Positions 38,512-50,888 are shown, counted from the first letter of the whole stretch. The stretch: 64,000 nt of DNA, filler included, from Stramenopiles sp. TOSAG23-2 (GCA_900128395.1; 35 parts of 35 records of this genome joined end to end with filler, not necessarily neighbours in it); one strand, 5' to 3'. Notes: generated from the sequence alone by a model not told the origin. Program-made: numbers and translations.

Positions 38512-38653
38512 ANNNNNNNNNNNNNNNNNNNNNNNNNNNNNNNNNNNNNNNNNNNNTTAATTAATTAANNNNNNNNNNNNNNNNNNNNNNNNNNNNNNNN
38601 NNNNNNNNNNNNGTATACATATATATATGTATATTATATTATATATTGAGATT

Positions 38654-40342
38654 TTATTTCTTCTTTTTTTTAGGTTTAAACATCTCTTTTGGTTTTTTAC
38701 CTTCACTATCAATTGCATTCTTATCCGCACCATGTTTTTTCAAGAGTTTTACTATTTTTTTATTTTTGTGTTCATATGCCCACCATAATGGTCCACGTCC
38801 ATCTCCAGAACGTATATGAACAACTTCTGGTTCTCTTTCAATCCATTCTTTAATACCATCGTAATCTTTTTCATGAATCATGTTCCATAATTTTGTAGTG
38901 TACTTAGTATTTCTCCATGGATACTTTTCTTCATCGTCTTCCTCTTCCTCCTCTTCTGCATCGTCATGATCTGCTTCTTCTGCATCTTCATCATCAGCAT
39001 ATTGATCATCCTCATCACGTTCATAATCACCAGCACGATCTTCACGTATTTCACCGGCCATTCTTTTATGATATGCTTTTTGATATTCTTCGTCTTTTTT
39101 ACCTTTTTTCACATTGAAATCTTCCAATTGTGCAAAGTCTTGTTTTTTCTTCATCAAATCATCCAATGCTGGTGGGTATTGTCCAGTACAGTACCAACTA
39201 CCTGGCGCATCGCAAATTTTGTTTTCCGGGTTTGCAATCCAATCTTTTGATTCCTGTGAAACACCAACAACTTTGAATATGCGAACTTTGTTGTATTGGG
39301 AAGTAAATACTTCTTTGAATAATTTCTTATCAACACGTACACCTGGAACTTGACCATGGCCATGTAAACGGTACAAAAGTGATCGAGACATCATTGGTGT
39401 AGGTGTCATTTCCCTGTCTAAGAAACCAAACTTAGAACATGTTGGATCGCCAGGGCAAATATCTGGGTATACACTATTACCAATACGTGCCATGTGTGGT
39501 GATTTTGCTAAATCATCTCCACCGCCACCAGTCCAGATCAAAACATAATCGGCTAAATGTCTGATAATTTTATGTGCCTTTTTCACTGGCGAGGTTAAAC
39601 AACGTCCTAGTGTAGCAATATGTTCGTGATTCCATGTGTTACCATCTGCGATGGTCGTTCTGTTGGCAATGCCAGTAATTTGGTATCCATAATCCCACCA
39701 TGACATTACACGGGCATCTTCTGGCGTGTTGTCACGCAACCACCAATACGCTTCACGATAATCATCAACAATGATCGTTTCCCCATTACGTAAATTAGCT
39801 TTAAACATAATGGATGGATGTGACATGTTAATTGCCATGTAATGCGAATATGCCCAGAATTGTCTAGCAGCAATGTATGTAATCAATATGAAGAAAACAG
39901 CTGCACCTTTACGTATTTGTGCACTTTCCTCATATACATCAGCTAATCCAGTTTGTGCCCATACACTTTGATCACGTTTTTTTGCAGCTCTTTTCGCTCT
40001 TAAACTTTTCTTTGCTTTCGTTGGTGATGTCGCAGTTTTTTTCTCTCCCTTTTCTTTTAATGCTGCTGCTTTTTCTGGATCGAAAAATTCTGCATATTGT
40101 TCAATGCACCAATCACCCATTCCAGATACTGCAATACCACCAAGTGCAGATGCAATTGGTCCTAGCAATATAATTAATCGACTCATTTTCGTACAAAAGT
40201 AATATGCAGTAATTGCATAGAATACTAAAAAGAAACCCGCATCTGTTTTTTTAAAGCATGCCATGACGAAACCAACTGGTCCATAGTAACATACAAAGTG
40301 CAAAAAGCGGAAATATGCATCTGCCGTTGCCGGTTGATGTTC
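38654..40342 (-). CDS. STT3: Oligosaccharyltransferase catalytic subunit STT3 with C-terminal ankyrin-like extension, 5' partial
   Basis: EHQP, DDYREAYWWLR, SWWDYGYQI, DGNTWNHEHI, DLAKSPHMARI. Confidence 0.95.
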   Translation of the reverse strand, partial: EHQPATADAYFRFLHFVCYYGPVGFVMACFKKTDAGFFLVFYAITAYYFCTKMSRLIILLGPIASALGGIAVSGMGDWCIEQYAEFFDPEKAAALKEKGEKKTATSPTKAKKSLRAKRAAKKRDQSVWAQTGLADVYEESAQIRKGAAVFFILITYIAARQFWAYSHYMAINMSHPSIMFKANLRNGETIIVDDYREAYWWLRDNTPEDARVMSWWDYGYQITGIANRTTIADGNTWNHEHIATLGRCLTSPVKKAHKIIRHLADYVLIWTGGGGDDLAKSPHMARIGNSVYPDICPGDPTCSKFGFLDREMTPTPMMSRSLLYRLHGHGQVPGVRVDKKLFKEVFTSQYNKVRIFKVVGVSQESKDWIANPENKICDAPGSWYCTGQYPPALDDLMKKKQDFAQLEDFNVKKGKKDEEYQKAYHKRMAGEIREDRAGDYERDEDDQYADDEDAEEADHDDAEEEEEEDDEEKYPWRNTKYTTKLWNMIHEKDYDGIKEWIEREPEVVHIRSGDGRGPLWWAYEHKNKKIVKLLKKHGADKNAIDSEGKKPKEMFKPKKKKK

Positions 40343-40442
40343 NNNNNNNNNNNNNNNNNNNNNNNNNNNNNNNNNNNNNNNNNNNNTTAATTAATTAANN
40401 NNNNNNNNNNNNNNNNNNNNNNNNNNNNNNNNNNNNNNNNNN

Positions 40443-42172
40443 TAAATTGGTCCAATATTTATAATATTTTCTTCTTAATTTATCCATTGTCGTTTGACAT
40501 TTACTTTCCATACCTAATCTTGCATCATTTGCAACGGTGACCGATTTGTCGCGATTTTTAGTTAATACGTCAATTTTCAACATATGATCATTTTCCAGAT
40601 TTGCAAATGCCAAATTATGTTCCGTTTTTAATGATTCTAATAATATTAAATGATCCTTTTCGATTTGTTCACTTTTATTTACATGATCATTTTTGAAGTT
40701 ACTTAACGCCAACTTGTGTTTTTCATTTAACCTTGCAATTTCATCTATATGATAAGCTTTTATCCGAGACTCTTTTTCTATCGATTCATTCCGAATATCG
40801 TCAACAACAGATTGATTTGAAAAATATTTCCAAGTTTGAAATCCTTTTAGCAATTGAACTTTCCTCAAGCGCAAAGTAATGCTTTTAACACGCGTTGTTT
40901 GGATATTTTCCTTTAATCGCATTATTTCATTGGAATATTGATTTTTTAACAAATTGTTTTCGCTAGTGAAATCATGATAAACGTTATCAATAATATATTC
41001 ATTTGTGACATACTTCCATTGTTGAAATGCCATCTGTAAGTTTGTCTTCAAGAAACGCAACAAGATGCCATTCATCACTGAATATTTGTGATTTCGACGC
41101 AGTATGCTTTTATGAGTAAAGGCCAGCCATTGTTGAAATCTCTCTTTTAATATACGTCCACCTGCAATCCTTGCAGCCCAATTTGACATTGCTGCGACAG
41201 CGTTTGTGTGTTCCTCCATGTTTCGATCTTTATCAGTTTCCGTTTTCCACTTCAAAATGGCACCACTCAATCGTGCTCGTCGGGCTCGAGAGTATAATCT
41301 TCTTGCCATATCTACTTTTGTCTTCCTCATTGCAGCGTGTCCAAGGCATAAAGCATCTTCAATTTTTAACAAGTAAATTTCTCTCTTCCATTTAGTCATA
41401 GCTAGTAGATATCGTTGTTTCGATACAATCATAGACATTCGAACCACACAACGGCGTCCAATGCTATCCTGTATCCAAATATCATGCCATCTAGCATAGC
41501 TAGTAGATATCGTTGTTTCGATACAATCATAGACATTCGAACCACACAACGGCGTCCAATGCTATCCTGTATCCAAATATCATGCCATCTCTTAAAACCA
41601 AGTCGTAAATATGTTGTACTTTTACGGATTAAAATACTTCGCACGAAACTTTTACACTTTAACACAAATTTCGTATGTAATATCCAATTATTCATCATTT
41701 TATTCATAATACTATATTTTTTGCCAGTAATTACATTTTTTAATAATCGCATTTTCTGTAAATTTGTAGTTTCTAAATATCTCATTTTTTCTGTACAGTG
41801 TTTCCACCATGAAAATACTTTTCTACCACAAACATTACGAAGCAAAAAAAACATTCGGCTCAAAATATATCTCGTGGATTTTATATGCATTGAATATTTG
41901 CGCCATTCGTGAAAACATTTTCGTTGATTTAATCTTTCAAGATAATGTAGATGAAATAAGACAACGCGATCTTGCCCTGATATTTTATCAGAAAATGCTC
42001 GATGATTGTGTACAAATCTTTTCCATAATCGTACTGCTGAACGACATATTGTTATGCGACTAGTTTGCATTAAACGTATTACTCTTAAACGATGATGTTT
42101 ACGATTACTTGTATAATACATCCAACTTGACATGCATTTAGACAATACTGATTTCTTCAGTATGTTTAAACG
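40443..42172 (-). CDS. Sfi1-like repeat protein (partial; local duplication near 41400-41590)
   Basis: Periodic F-x2-W-K/R motifs in helical basic sequence. Confidence 0.65.
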
Positions 42173-42559
42173 NNNNNNNNNNNNNNNNNNNNNNNNNNNN
42201 NNNNNNNNNNNNNNNNTTAATTAATTAANNNNNNNNNNNNNNNNNNNNNNNNNNNNNNNNNNNNNNNNNNNNATGAATCCTTTATAGTTTTATCAGTAAT
42301 TTTTTAAGTTAAATATTGATTGGTGTTAGGTATGAAAATTAAATATTTGCTACTTATTGAATGATTGGATTCTTTCCCTTTATCGATATAGATGTATATC
42401 TACAAAACTATTTATCACAATATTTTATACAAAATTCAAATCCCACAAAGCCTGGAAAGCACCAAATCATAATAAAAATGAAATGTGAAAATCAATGTTA
42501 ATTTGGTGCTGGTATGTTCTAAGTATAAATTTATTGGTTCATTTGATAGGTAAAACCCT

Positions 42560-43800
42560 ATTTTAAACATGAATTTTATCATAGAGTAAACTTAAACTCT
42601 TTAACAACAGGTTCAAACACTGGCTATATTTGGAATTGGCTATATTTGGGCGGGTATATGGCTATATTTGATATAATCTCTTCAAACACTATCCCCTCCT
42701 GAATAATTTATTTCTTGCCCAGATATTAAATTTTCATACCAATTTTTCGTTACTGTTGTTTCTACAAAAGTTGCTTGATGTACTATTTTTGTTTCTTTTT
42801 GTTATCGGGTTATATAAAATATAATTCGCGGATCTCAGATCATTCTATATTTGTAAGTATAAAACATAAGAAATAATGATAATTTTTCTATATTAATAGC
42901 AGCTTGGGAGGGGGGAGTAGCAATGGAGGAAGACAAGGAGTACCGCAAACGCCACCAGAGAGGACTTGCAGTGCTGCATTAGCACCAGACTGTCTAGTAA
43001 ACTGGGGAGAAAGGTAAACGACCATAGACCAGCTGGGGTGAATGACAGCGCAAATAAAAATGAATCAGCGCAATCAAGCTCTGCATTGGCGTCTACCATT
43101 ACATTACTTTTGATCCTAACAGCATTATTATTTTCATCAATGATGCAGTTTTCCCTTTTTAGCATGCCTATATCTATTAGGTCATCTAATGTGCACACAC
43201 CATGTGCTTTTCGAAATATACGTTTCTTACGTTTATTAATTTCATTGATTTCACTTAATGTTAATGATCCCTTTTCAACATCGTCATAGATTGGTGGGTT
43301 TGGTTCCCTTATCTCTATTTAGAATGCAGTTGGTACGGATTTTGCCCACTCTGAATCAGTAGATGGAGGAGTGTTGTTTTTGTTCATGGGTGTGACATGT
43401 GACAAGACACAGATATTGGCATTTTCCTGTTGAAAATAATGAAACAATGGAGCTGGTAATCAAGGAATTGAAAAAAGTATTTCCTGATTTTGATAAAATT
43501 GTATTCATATGATTTATTACGCATTCTTTACACATATTGTCGTTCCATTTTGAACCTGGACATTGAGTGAGTGTTGAACATTTGACCTTAAAAAAGTGTC
43601 CGAATTCCGTAATATACTATTACCATGCTATTTTATAATCACACTTGTTTGATGGTATAGTCTTTGGAACAAAATTATTTCTAACAAATACACCCATGTA
43701 TCACCAATTATTACAGGAATAGATTATTATAATAGATTTTCCCATTGTTATACGTTTTAATTTGATCTTAATCTGCCACCCCTGGCACCCATGTGCCAAT
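42560..43800 (-). pseudogene. Degenerate coding sequence (pseudogene or decayed element)
   Basis: Protein-like frame (..DSEWAKSVPTAF*IEIREPNPPIYDDVEKG..) broken by in-frame stops; family unknown. Confidence 0.3.
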
Positions 43801-44386
43801 AATCATAATAAAAATTGTGTGTGATGAAGTGCGCAAGTGTTGAAAAAAATAGATTTTTATTATAATAATTACGAATTAGAGATATATATTGGAAAAGATA
43901 GAGTGTGTGTGAAAATATATAACTTTTTTATACCCCCTTTCCCTTCCCCACCCATACCTGGAATTTCAGCATTATCTTCCAATTCTTGTCTAACTTCATC
44001 GTNNNNNNNNNNNNNNNNNNNNNNNNNNNNNNNNNNNNNNNNNNNNTTAATTAATTAANNNNNNNNNNNNNNNNNNNNNNNNNNNNNNNNNNNNNNNNNN
44101 NNAAGCCGTAGAATACGTCAAGTATCCGGGCAACTTATGCCCGATACCACCATATTTATATCTTCAATATATCATATTACGAGTACATTAATAATAAAAA
44201 TGGTTTAAAATCTATCATACGACGAGTATGCATACTTTCTTCAGCCACGAGCCACGAAAACGAAAATTAGGCTGGCTGTCAGTCTAAATTATTAAACATC
44301 CCCTTAGAGCCATTTTAGCAGCCACCTGCATGCTCTTGCAATAACCTTCTCCGTCTATCCACAACATTAGAGCCTGTCACTTTGTC

Positions 44387-45502
44387 TCACGGCGGCACAA
44401 CCACCACCTTCCCAATCACTTGTCGATTCCACAACATCATCAACCCATCTTTCACTTTCTCAATCGGCAATGCTGCATGTACTCTTGGATTAATTTTATC
44501 TTCCTCCACCCATTTACTAATAGCGTTCATCCCATCTCGTACCACTGAACGTCGAAATAAATCATATCCACTACCAATTACAGATAAATTCTTTGCTAAT
44601 ATTTGATGTGTTGGTGCACCTGTTACACCTTCCGAGACAGGTGCACCAACAAAACCAACGATTAATATCTTTGCACCATAATTACAACATTTAAAAGATT
44701 CCATTAACACATCACCACTTACTGGATCATATACCATATCGACACCTTTACCATTTGTAAACCCTTTCACTACATCACGAAAACGTGGTGTAGTTGTATA
44801 ATTAACGACATGATCTGCACCAAATTCCTCTTGTACGACTTTTAATTTTGCATCTGTTCCACCAGCAGCAATGACTTTACATCCAATTGCTTTTGCCATT
44901 TGTGTAGCAGCCATTCCAACACCACCAGTTGCACCTAATATTAATACGCTTTGATTTGCTTTTAATTGTCCACGATATACCAATGCAGTATATGCTGTCA
45001 TATATGCAAGTGGTAAACCAGCTGCTTGTTCATAGGAAAGTTGTTTTGGAATTTTAAATACCCAACGAGACGATGCGACTACCCAACTTTGCATTCCACC
45101 ACTAGCAGGCCAATGCATGACACGATCACCAATTTGAAAAGTTTTTGCTGCTTCTGCACCTAATGCTACTATATCACCAGCTGCTTCACCACCTACAACA
45201 AATGGTAACTTTGGTTTAATATTATGTTGATTCGATGGTTGCAATAGATCTGGAAAATTACACGAAGCCGCTTTGACTTTAATAATCATTTCAAATGGTT
45301 TAAGATTGGACACAGACGGTTTTGCCATTGGTTCAATTTCAATTGCTGATAAACCTTCAGGTGGCGAGACAAGGGCATGTTTTTTCACAATAGCACGTTT
45401 TCCAGTTGTATTAGTTATGCTAGCGACAATATGGCGATGTATAGTGGAAACACGTCGTTGTGTGTTTGTATTTGACGGTTTTTTTGATGCGATTATTTCC
45501 AT
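44387..45502 (-). CDS. NADPH:quinone oxidoreductase (zeta-crystallin/MDR family)
   Basis: CNFPDLL, PFVVGGEAAG, AYMTAYTAL, VLILGATGGVG, GKGVDMVYDPV, GKVVV. Confidence 0.92.
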   Translation of the reverse strand: MEIIASKKPSNTNTQRRVSTIHRHIVASITNTTGKRAIVKKHALVSPPEGLSAIEIEPMAKPSVSNLKPFEMIIKVKAASCNFPDLLQPSNQHNIKPKLPFVVGGEAAGDIVALGAEAAKTFQIGDRVMHWPASGGMQSWVVASSRWVFKIPKQLSYEQAAGLPLAYMTAYTALVYRGQLKANQSVLILGATGGVGMAATQMAKAIGCKVIAAGGTDAKLKVVQEEFGADHVVNYTTTPRFRDVVKGFTNGKGVDMVYDPVSGDVLMESFKCCNYGAKILIVGFVGAPVSEGVTGAPTHQILAKNLSVIGSGYDLFRRSVVRDGMNAISKWVEEDKINPRVHAALPIEKVKDGLMMLWNRQVIGKVVVVPP

Positions 45503-45973
45503 TATTATTATAATGTGAAATTTGTTTTTTTATTTATCTTTTTTGAATTTCAATAATATTTATTTAATTATTAAATTTATTAATTTATTCGTATTAAACC
45601 ACACAAATACAAATTTTATCAATATATGTATATACACACACACGGTTCAACTTTTGTTACAATGAATTTCTTTGTCTACAATCCTGTATCTATATAAGAA
45701 GAGAATGTTTTGAAAAAAAAATATTTTCTCCCTGTATGCTGTGTTATTCTACTTTCTATGATACTTTTTCATTATTATTAGATCGGATCCTCTCAAATAA
45801 AAAAACAACGTTAAATATGATGGGTGCATCCNNNNNNNNNNNNNNNNNNNNNNNNNNNNNNNNNNNNNNNNNNNNTTAATTAATTAANNNNNNNNNNNNN
45901 NNNNNNNNNNNNNNNNNNNNNNNNNNNNNNNATAGTGAAAGATGGACAATGAAAACACCGATAAAAATCCTCT

Positions 45974-47658
45974 CTACTTTTTAATAGACATCTTTGTATT
46001 GTGCAGTGGGTTTTGCACACGTTCGTCGTACTGATCTGAGATATTCATTATTGGATTATCAATACTGGATTGAATTTCATTTTTCCTGTTGTTGGATTGC
46101 TCATTAGATTGATCCATAGATCTTGTTTTTTCTTGTCGTTTTTTAAATGAAATTGACAACCTTTTTTTCGATGCAGTTCCTGTTTCCCGATATATATTTC
46201 CAGTAGCAAATATCAGTAATTCCATTTTCTTATCTTTAAACATTGTATATACAGCAGTCATACTAAATAATAGAATTTGGAAATAAATGGATCGTTGCAT
46301 TGAACGTTTCATGATTGTATATTCTTCACCTTGTATGGTATAATGAAATAAAACTACTCCTTTATTCCAATTTCCAAATGTATTTCCATAAATATTGTAA
46401 ATATTTAAAACTGTAAATAAACTTCCAATAATAATCACAAGCATACGACTTTTTAATTTTACTGCATCCATAAATAAAAACATATTTATTATTAACATAT
46501 ATATAAATGCCATAATTGGTGATAATGGTGTCATTGGTCGTCCAATATCAATACTCCAATTTAAAATTGTTAATAGAATAATAACAACCACATTTGTTTC
46601 TTGTAACAATCGTTTTATAATTACTAATGACACATTTTTATAATATAATATACCAATACATATTAATGCAAGAACAGCAAATATAATTACTGCAATTTGT
46701 AATCCAACATTTGTTGCACCAGCAAGAATATAACATAAAATTCCAAGGAAAGCAAAAAGTCCTACCCCACGTTGTCCCCATTTTACACGCCAATCCAACC
46801 AATCATCCATTATAACATCTTCACCTAATAATCTCATACTTTTACGACGTACCGTATTATCATGATATATTTCTGCCCAAGAATTTCGACGTGGTGTATT
46901 CTTACGATTATCTTTTGGTATAGATTTTAACTCCACATCGACGTTCGTAAATGTACTTGCCTTTTTTTTTTCCTTCATTGTTTTGTGTGTAGTATCATCA
47001 TTCTTGTTCTGTTTGTTATTTTGTTCGAATAATTTAAGTTTGTTTCTGAGTTCATTGTATTCCTCACGTGTTGGTGGATACATATTTTTAGCGTGTGCTA
47101 ATGCAGTTCCTGTTTCTCGATATATATTTCCAGTAGCAAATATCATTAATTCCATTTTCTTATCTTTAAACATTGTATATACAGCAGATATACTAAATAA
47201 TAAAATTTGGAAATAAATGGATCGTTGTATTGAACGTTTCATGATTGTATATTGTTCACCTTGTATGGTATAATGAAATAAAACTACTCCTTTATTCCAA
47301 TTTCCAAATGTATTTCCGTAAATATTGTAAATATTTAAAACTGTGGATAAACTTCCAATAATAATCACAAACATACGACTTTTTAATTTTACTGCATCAT
47401 TAAACAAAAAAACATTTATTGCCAACATATATATAAATCCCATAATTGGTGATAATGGTGTCATTGGTCGTCCAATCTCAATTATCCAACGTAAAATTGT
47501 TAATAGAATAATAACAACCACATTTGTTTCTTGTAACAATCGTTTTATAATTACTAATGAGACATTTTTATAATATAATATTACAGCAAATATTAATGTA
47601 ATAGCAAGAAATATAATCGCTGCAATACGTAATCCAACATTTGTTCCACCAGCAAGAA
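45974..47658 (-). CDS. Multi-pass membrane protein with a diverged internal duplication of about 300 aa, 5' partial
   Basis: Two similar hydrophobic blocks (LQETNVVVIILLTIL...GNIYRETGTA) in one open frame. Confidence 0.75.
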
Positions 47659-48042
47659 NNNNNNNNNNNNNNNNNNNNNNNNNNNNNNNNNNNNNNNNNN
47701 NNTTAATTAATTAANNNNNNNNNNNNNNNNNNNNNNNNNNNNNNNNNNNNNNNNNNNNTTTCCCTATCAATAAAACAGTAAAAAATGGCTGGTCTGATCT
47801 TTTTGGCTGCCATTTAAAAATTATTTTATTTAGAAAAAGTGTTTGTATTTTTAATGATATACGACGTATATATACATTAATATGATACACGAAGTTCTTA
47901 TATAAAAAATTTTACTGAACATTTTTTTGCTGCACAATACCAAATGCGTCATCCCAGTCTTTTTTCCATCGATTATTTGTTTTCTTAAATGAATTTTTCA
48001 AATCGACAATATATTTACCATCAACATCTTTACCTAATATTT

Positions 48043-49485
48043 TTACTGAACATTTTTTTGCTGCACAATACCAAATGCGTCATCCCAGTCTTTTTTCCAT
48101 CGATTATTTGTTTTCTTAAATGAATTTTTCAAATCGACAATATATTTACCATCAACATCTTTACCTAATATTGTAGTAGCTAAACCATCTTTACCAGCAC
48201 GTCCAGTACGTCCGATACGATGAGTGTAACGTTCTATTTCAGACGGCATGTCATAATTAATTACATGTTGTACATCTGGTATATCAATACCACGTCCAGC
48301 AACATCTGTTGCTACTAAAACATTAGCACGGCCAGTTCTAAAATCATTTAATGCCCTTTCTCGTTGTGATTGCTCTTTTCCACCATGTAAAACGACTGCA
48401 CGATATCCAAATTTTAATATTACATCCCCAAGTTTATCAGCACTTATTTTAGTATTTACAAATACCATGATTGGTCCATTCGTTCTTCGTAATACTTTAC
48501 CCAATTGCTTTGCTTTTGCAATTTGATTTGTGACAATTACTAAATCTTGAGTTATACGTATATTCATTTGCGAACGATCTCCAACTCGAACTTTGACTGG
48601 ATCATTTAAATATTTCTTTGATAAACGTTCTATAATAGGTGGCATAGTTGCTGAGAACATATGTGTAGTTTTTTTGCCAGGTGCAACCATCGAATCTAAA
48701 ATTTGTATAACAGCTGGTTCAAATCCCATATCAATCATACGATCAGCTTCATCCAATACTAAAAATTGACATTGTTGCAATACTAGGTATGAACTTTCAA
48801 TTAAATCGACTAAACGACCTGGTGTAGCAGCTATTAAATGTACACCTTCTCTTATACGGCTTGCTTGTTGGTCAACAGATTGGCCACCGACGATTGACAT
48901 GGTGGAAACTAATGTAAATTTTGCTAATTTTTCACATTCTGAATTAATTTGTTGGACTAATTCGCGCGTTGGTGCTAATATTAATGCTAATGGCCCATCT
49001 TCAACACAACGATTTAAAACATCAATAGGTTGAGCTAATACAGACACTAACAATGGTATCAAAAATGCAGCTGTTTTACCGGAGCCAGTAGCTGCAATAC
49101 CCATCATATCACGACCATCCAAACCTAGCGGAACGCATTGCCTCTGAATTGGTGTTGGTATATCATACCTAGCCATATTAATACCTTTCATCAATTTTTC
49201 TGGTAAATTTACATCGGCCCAACCACGTAACGGATTTGATATGTTTTTGCCATGTGTATGGATTTGAAATTCTTCTTTCAACGCTCTCCAATCCCTAGGA
49301 ACCATATCATTTAATTTTTTTTTAGACCAATGTACCGTTGCCTTCATTTCATCTACACCCATTTCTCCTGCAAATTTTCCACGGCCAAACATAACTTTAG
49401 CGTGGCATATTTCATCGTAATATGAATCTTCTTGGGTTGTATCTTCAGTATCATCCCAGTCGAAAAAGTTCTTTTTCTTCTTTTT
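48043..49485 (-). CDS. DDX23: DEAD-box RNA helicase PRP28/DDX23, 5' partial
   Basis: FFDWDDTEDT, HWSKKKL..M..RDWR, PTPIQRQ, TGSGKTAAF, DEADRMIDMGFEP, SAT, HRIGRTGRAG. Confidence 0.9.
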   Translation of the reverse strand, partial: KKKKKNFFDWDDTEDTTQEDSYYDEICHAKVMFGRGKFAGEMGVDEMKATVHWSKKKLNDMVPRDWRALKEEFQIHTHGKNISNPLRGWADVNLPEKLMKGINMARYDIPTPIQRQCVPLGLDGRDMMGIAATGSGKTAAFLIPLLVSVLAQPIDVLNRCVEDGPLALILAPTRELVQQINSECEKLAKFTLVSTMSIVGGQSVDQQASRIREGVHLIAATPGRLVDLIESSYLVLQQCQFLVLDEADRMIDMGFEPAVIQILDSMVAPGKKTTHMFSATMPPIIERLSKKYLNDPVKVRVGDRSQMNIRITQDLVIVTNQIAKAKQLGKVLRRTNGPIMVFVNTKISADKLGDVILKFGYRAVVLHGGKEQSQRERALNDFRTGRANVLVATDVAGRGIDIPDVQHVINYDMPSEIERYTHRIGRTGRAGKDGLATTILGKDVDGKYIVDLKNSFKKTNNRWKKDWDDAFGIVQQKNVQ

Positions 49486-49586
49486 NNNNNNNNNNNNNNN
49501 NNNNNNNNNNNNNNNNNNNNNNNNNNNNNTTAATTAATTAANNNNNNNNNNNNNNNNNNNNNNNNNNNNNNNNNNNNNNNNNNNNA

Positions 49587-50255
49587 ATTACTGATAATGT
49601 TCTTGGAACACGTGACGAATTTATGGGAAGAATGCAAAATGATCCAAAAGAAAGAACATTGGCGCAAGCTACCATCAAGAAATACGTTCAAGCAAAACCA
49701 CCAATTGCTGTTGGTGATGACGCTCCAAATGTAAGCTTTGTTAGCTTAGATGGAAAGAAAGAATACAAATTATATGATTTATTACAATCTGGAAGGCCTA
49801 TGGTATTGAATTTTGGATCCTGTAGCTGACCTCCATTCCGCGTTCACGCGGAAGTCATCGAAAAATTAGCAAAGGAATATACAAACATTGATTTTGCTAC
49901 ATTTTATATTGCTGAAGCACATGCTGCAGATGAATGGACATTGCTTGATACAGCAAATGCTGAAATGGATGGTAAATGGGATGTTATGCTAGCACAGAAT
50001 ATGAATGAAAAGTTGAAATTAGCACAAGATTGGGTAGATTGGTTAAACCCAACAACCCCATATTTTGTTGATAAAATGAATGATGAAGTTCGTACTAGTT
50101 TTGCTGCTTGGCCTGAAAGACTTGCTGTGATTGGTACTGATAAGAAAATTGTATACTATGGACAACAAGGTCCATGGGGATATGATCCAGAGGAATTAAG
50201 TTTGTTTTTAAAAGAATATTATTCATCTAGTATCAATGCATCTGCAAGATTGTAA
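49587..50255 (+). CDS. DIO: Iodothyronine deiodinase-like selenoprotein (Sec at TGA 49827-49829), 5' partial
   Basis: RPMVLNFGSCS-U-PPF...FYIAEAHAADEW...AAWPERL...GPWGY reads in one frame through a single TGA. Confidence 0.92.
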
Positions 50256-50322
50256 TTGTAATAATATATATATATATATCCCAAAAGGTATGATAAAAAA
50301 TGTGGTATAAATGATAATTTAA

Positions 50323-50377
50323 AATGATAGTATGAAAGTTAAAAGAACAATTTACTTTCAAGCTTGATAAAGTTATA
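50323..50377 (+). promoter_or_regulatory. Candidate SECIS element
   Basis: ATGAA (50332-50336), stem AGTT.AAAG / CTTT..AGCT, loop starting AA, TGAT (50365-50368); about 75 nt past the stop codon. Confidence 0.5.
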
Positions 50378-50888
50378 TATATTTGCTGTTGTATTTGTGG
50401 ATATACATCATGATGGAAAAGTCGATGAGTCATCATGTGTATAAGAAACGGCGAATACTAAAATATATATTTTAAAAATAATTTAATTTGCGCATATATG
50501 ACATATAATTTATTTTTTAATTTACTCATAATTCCTAATGCATAATACTCTTCAAAAGAATAAAATAACACAGAGGCAGTATAATTTACGAGGACCTCTC
50601 GTATACATAAAATATTTTCCTTTTCATTTTATACGAATCTCGTAAAAAGAGTGTCCATTATAGGTTTTTTTTAAAAAAATCTCACATCGGAGGTGTGTAC
50701 GCAAGAGAGATTATTTATTTTATTCTATCATACTATGTGTAACAAGATTTCTCTACCTTGCAATTATACAAATTTCGATATGTACATCTTAAAGTTAAAA
50801 AAGATAGTATGATATGCATTAGACAGAAAAAAAAAAACATACATATCTCCGTGCATAAATGATATATATATACACACACCATTAACAT

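Noticed and set aside
43290-43460. In-frame stops suggesting an alternative genetic code
   Set aside because: Mixed TAA/TGA in one degenerate region. Intact genes end at TAA, TAG or TGA normally; only the deiodinase TGA sits at a conserved Sec position.
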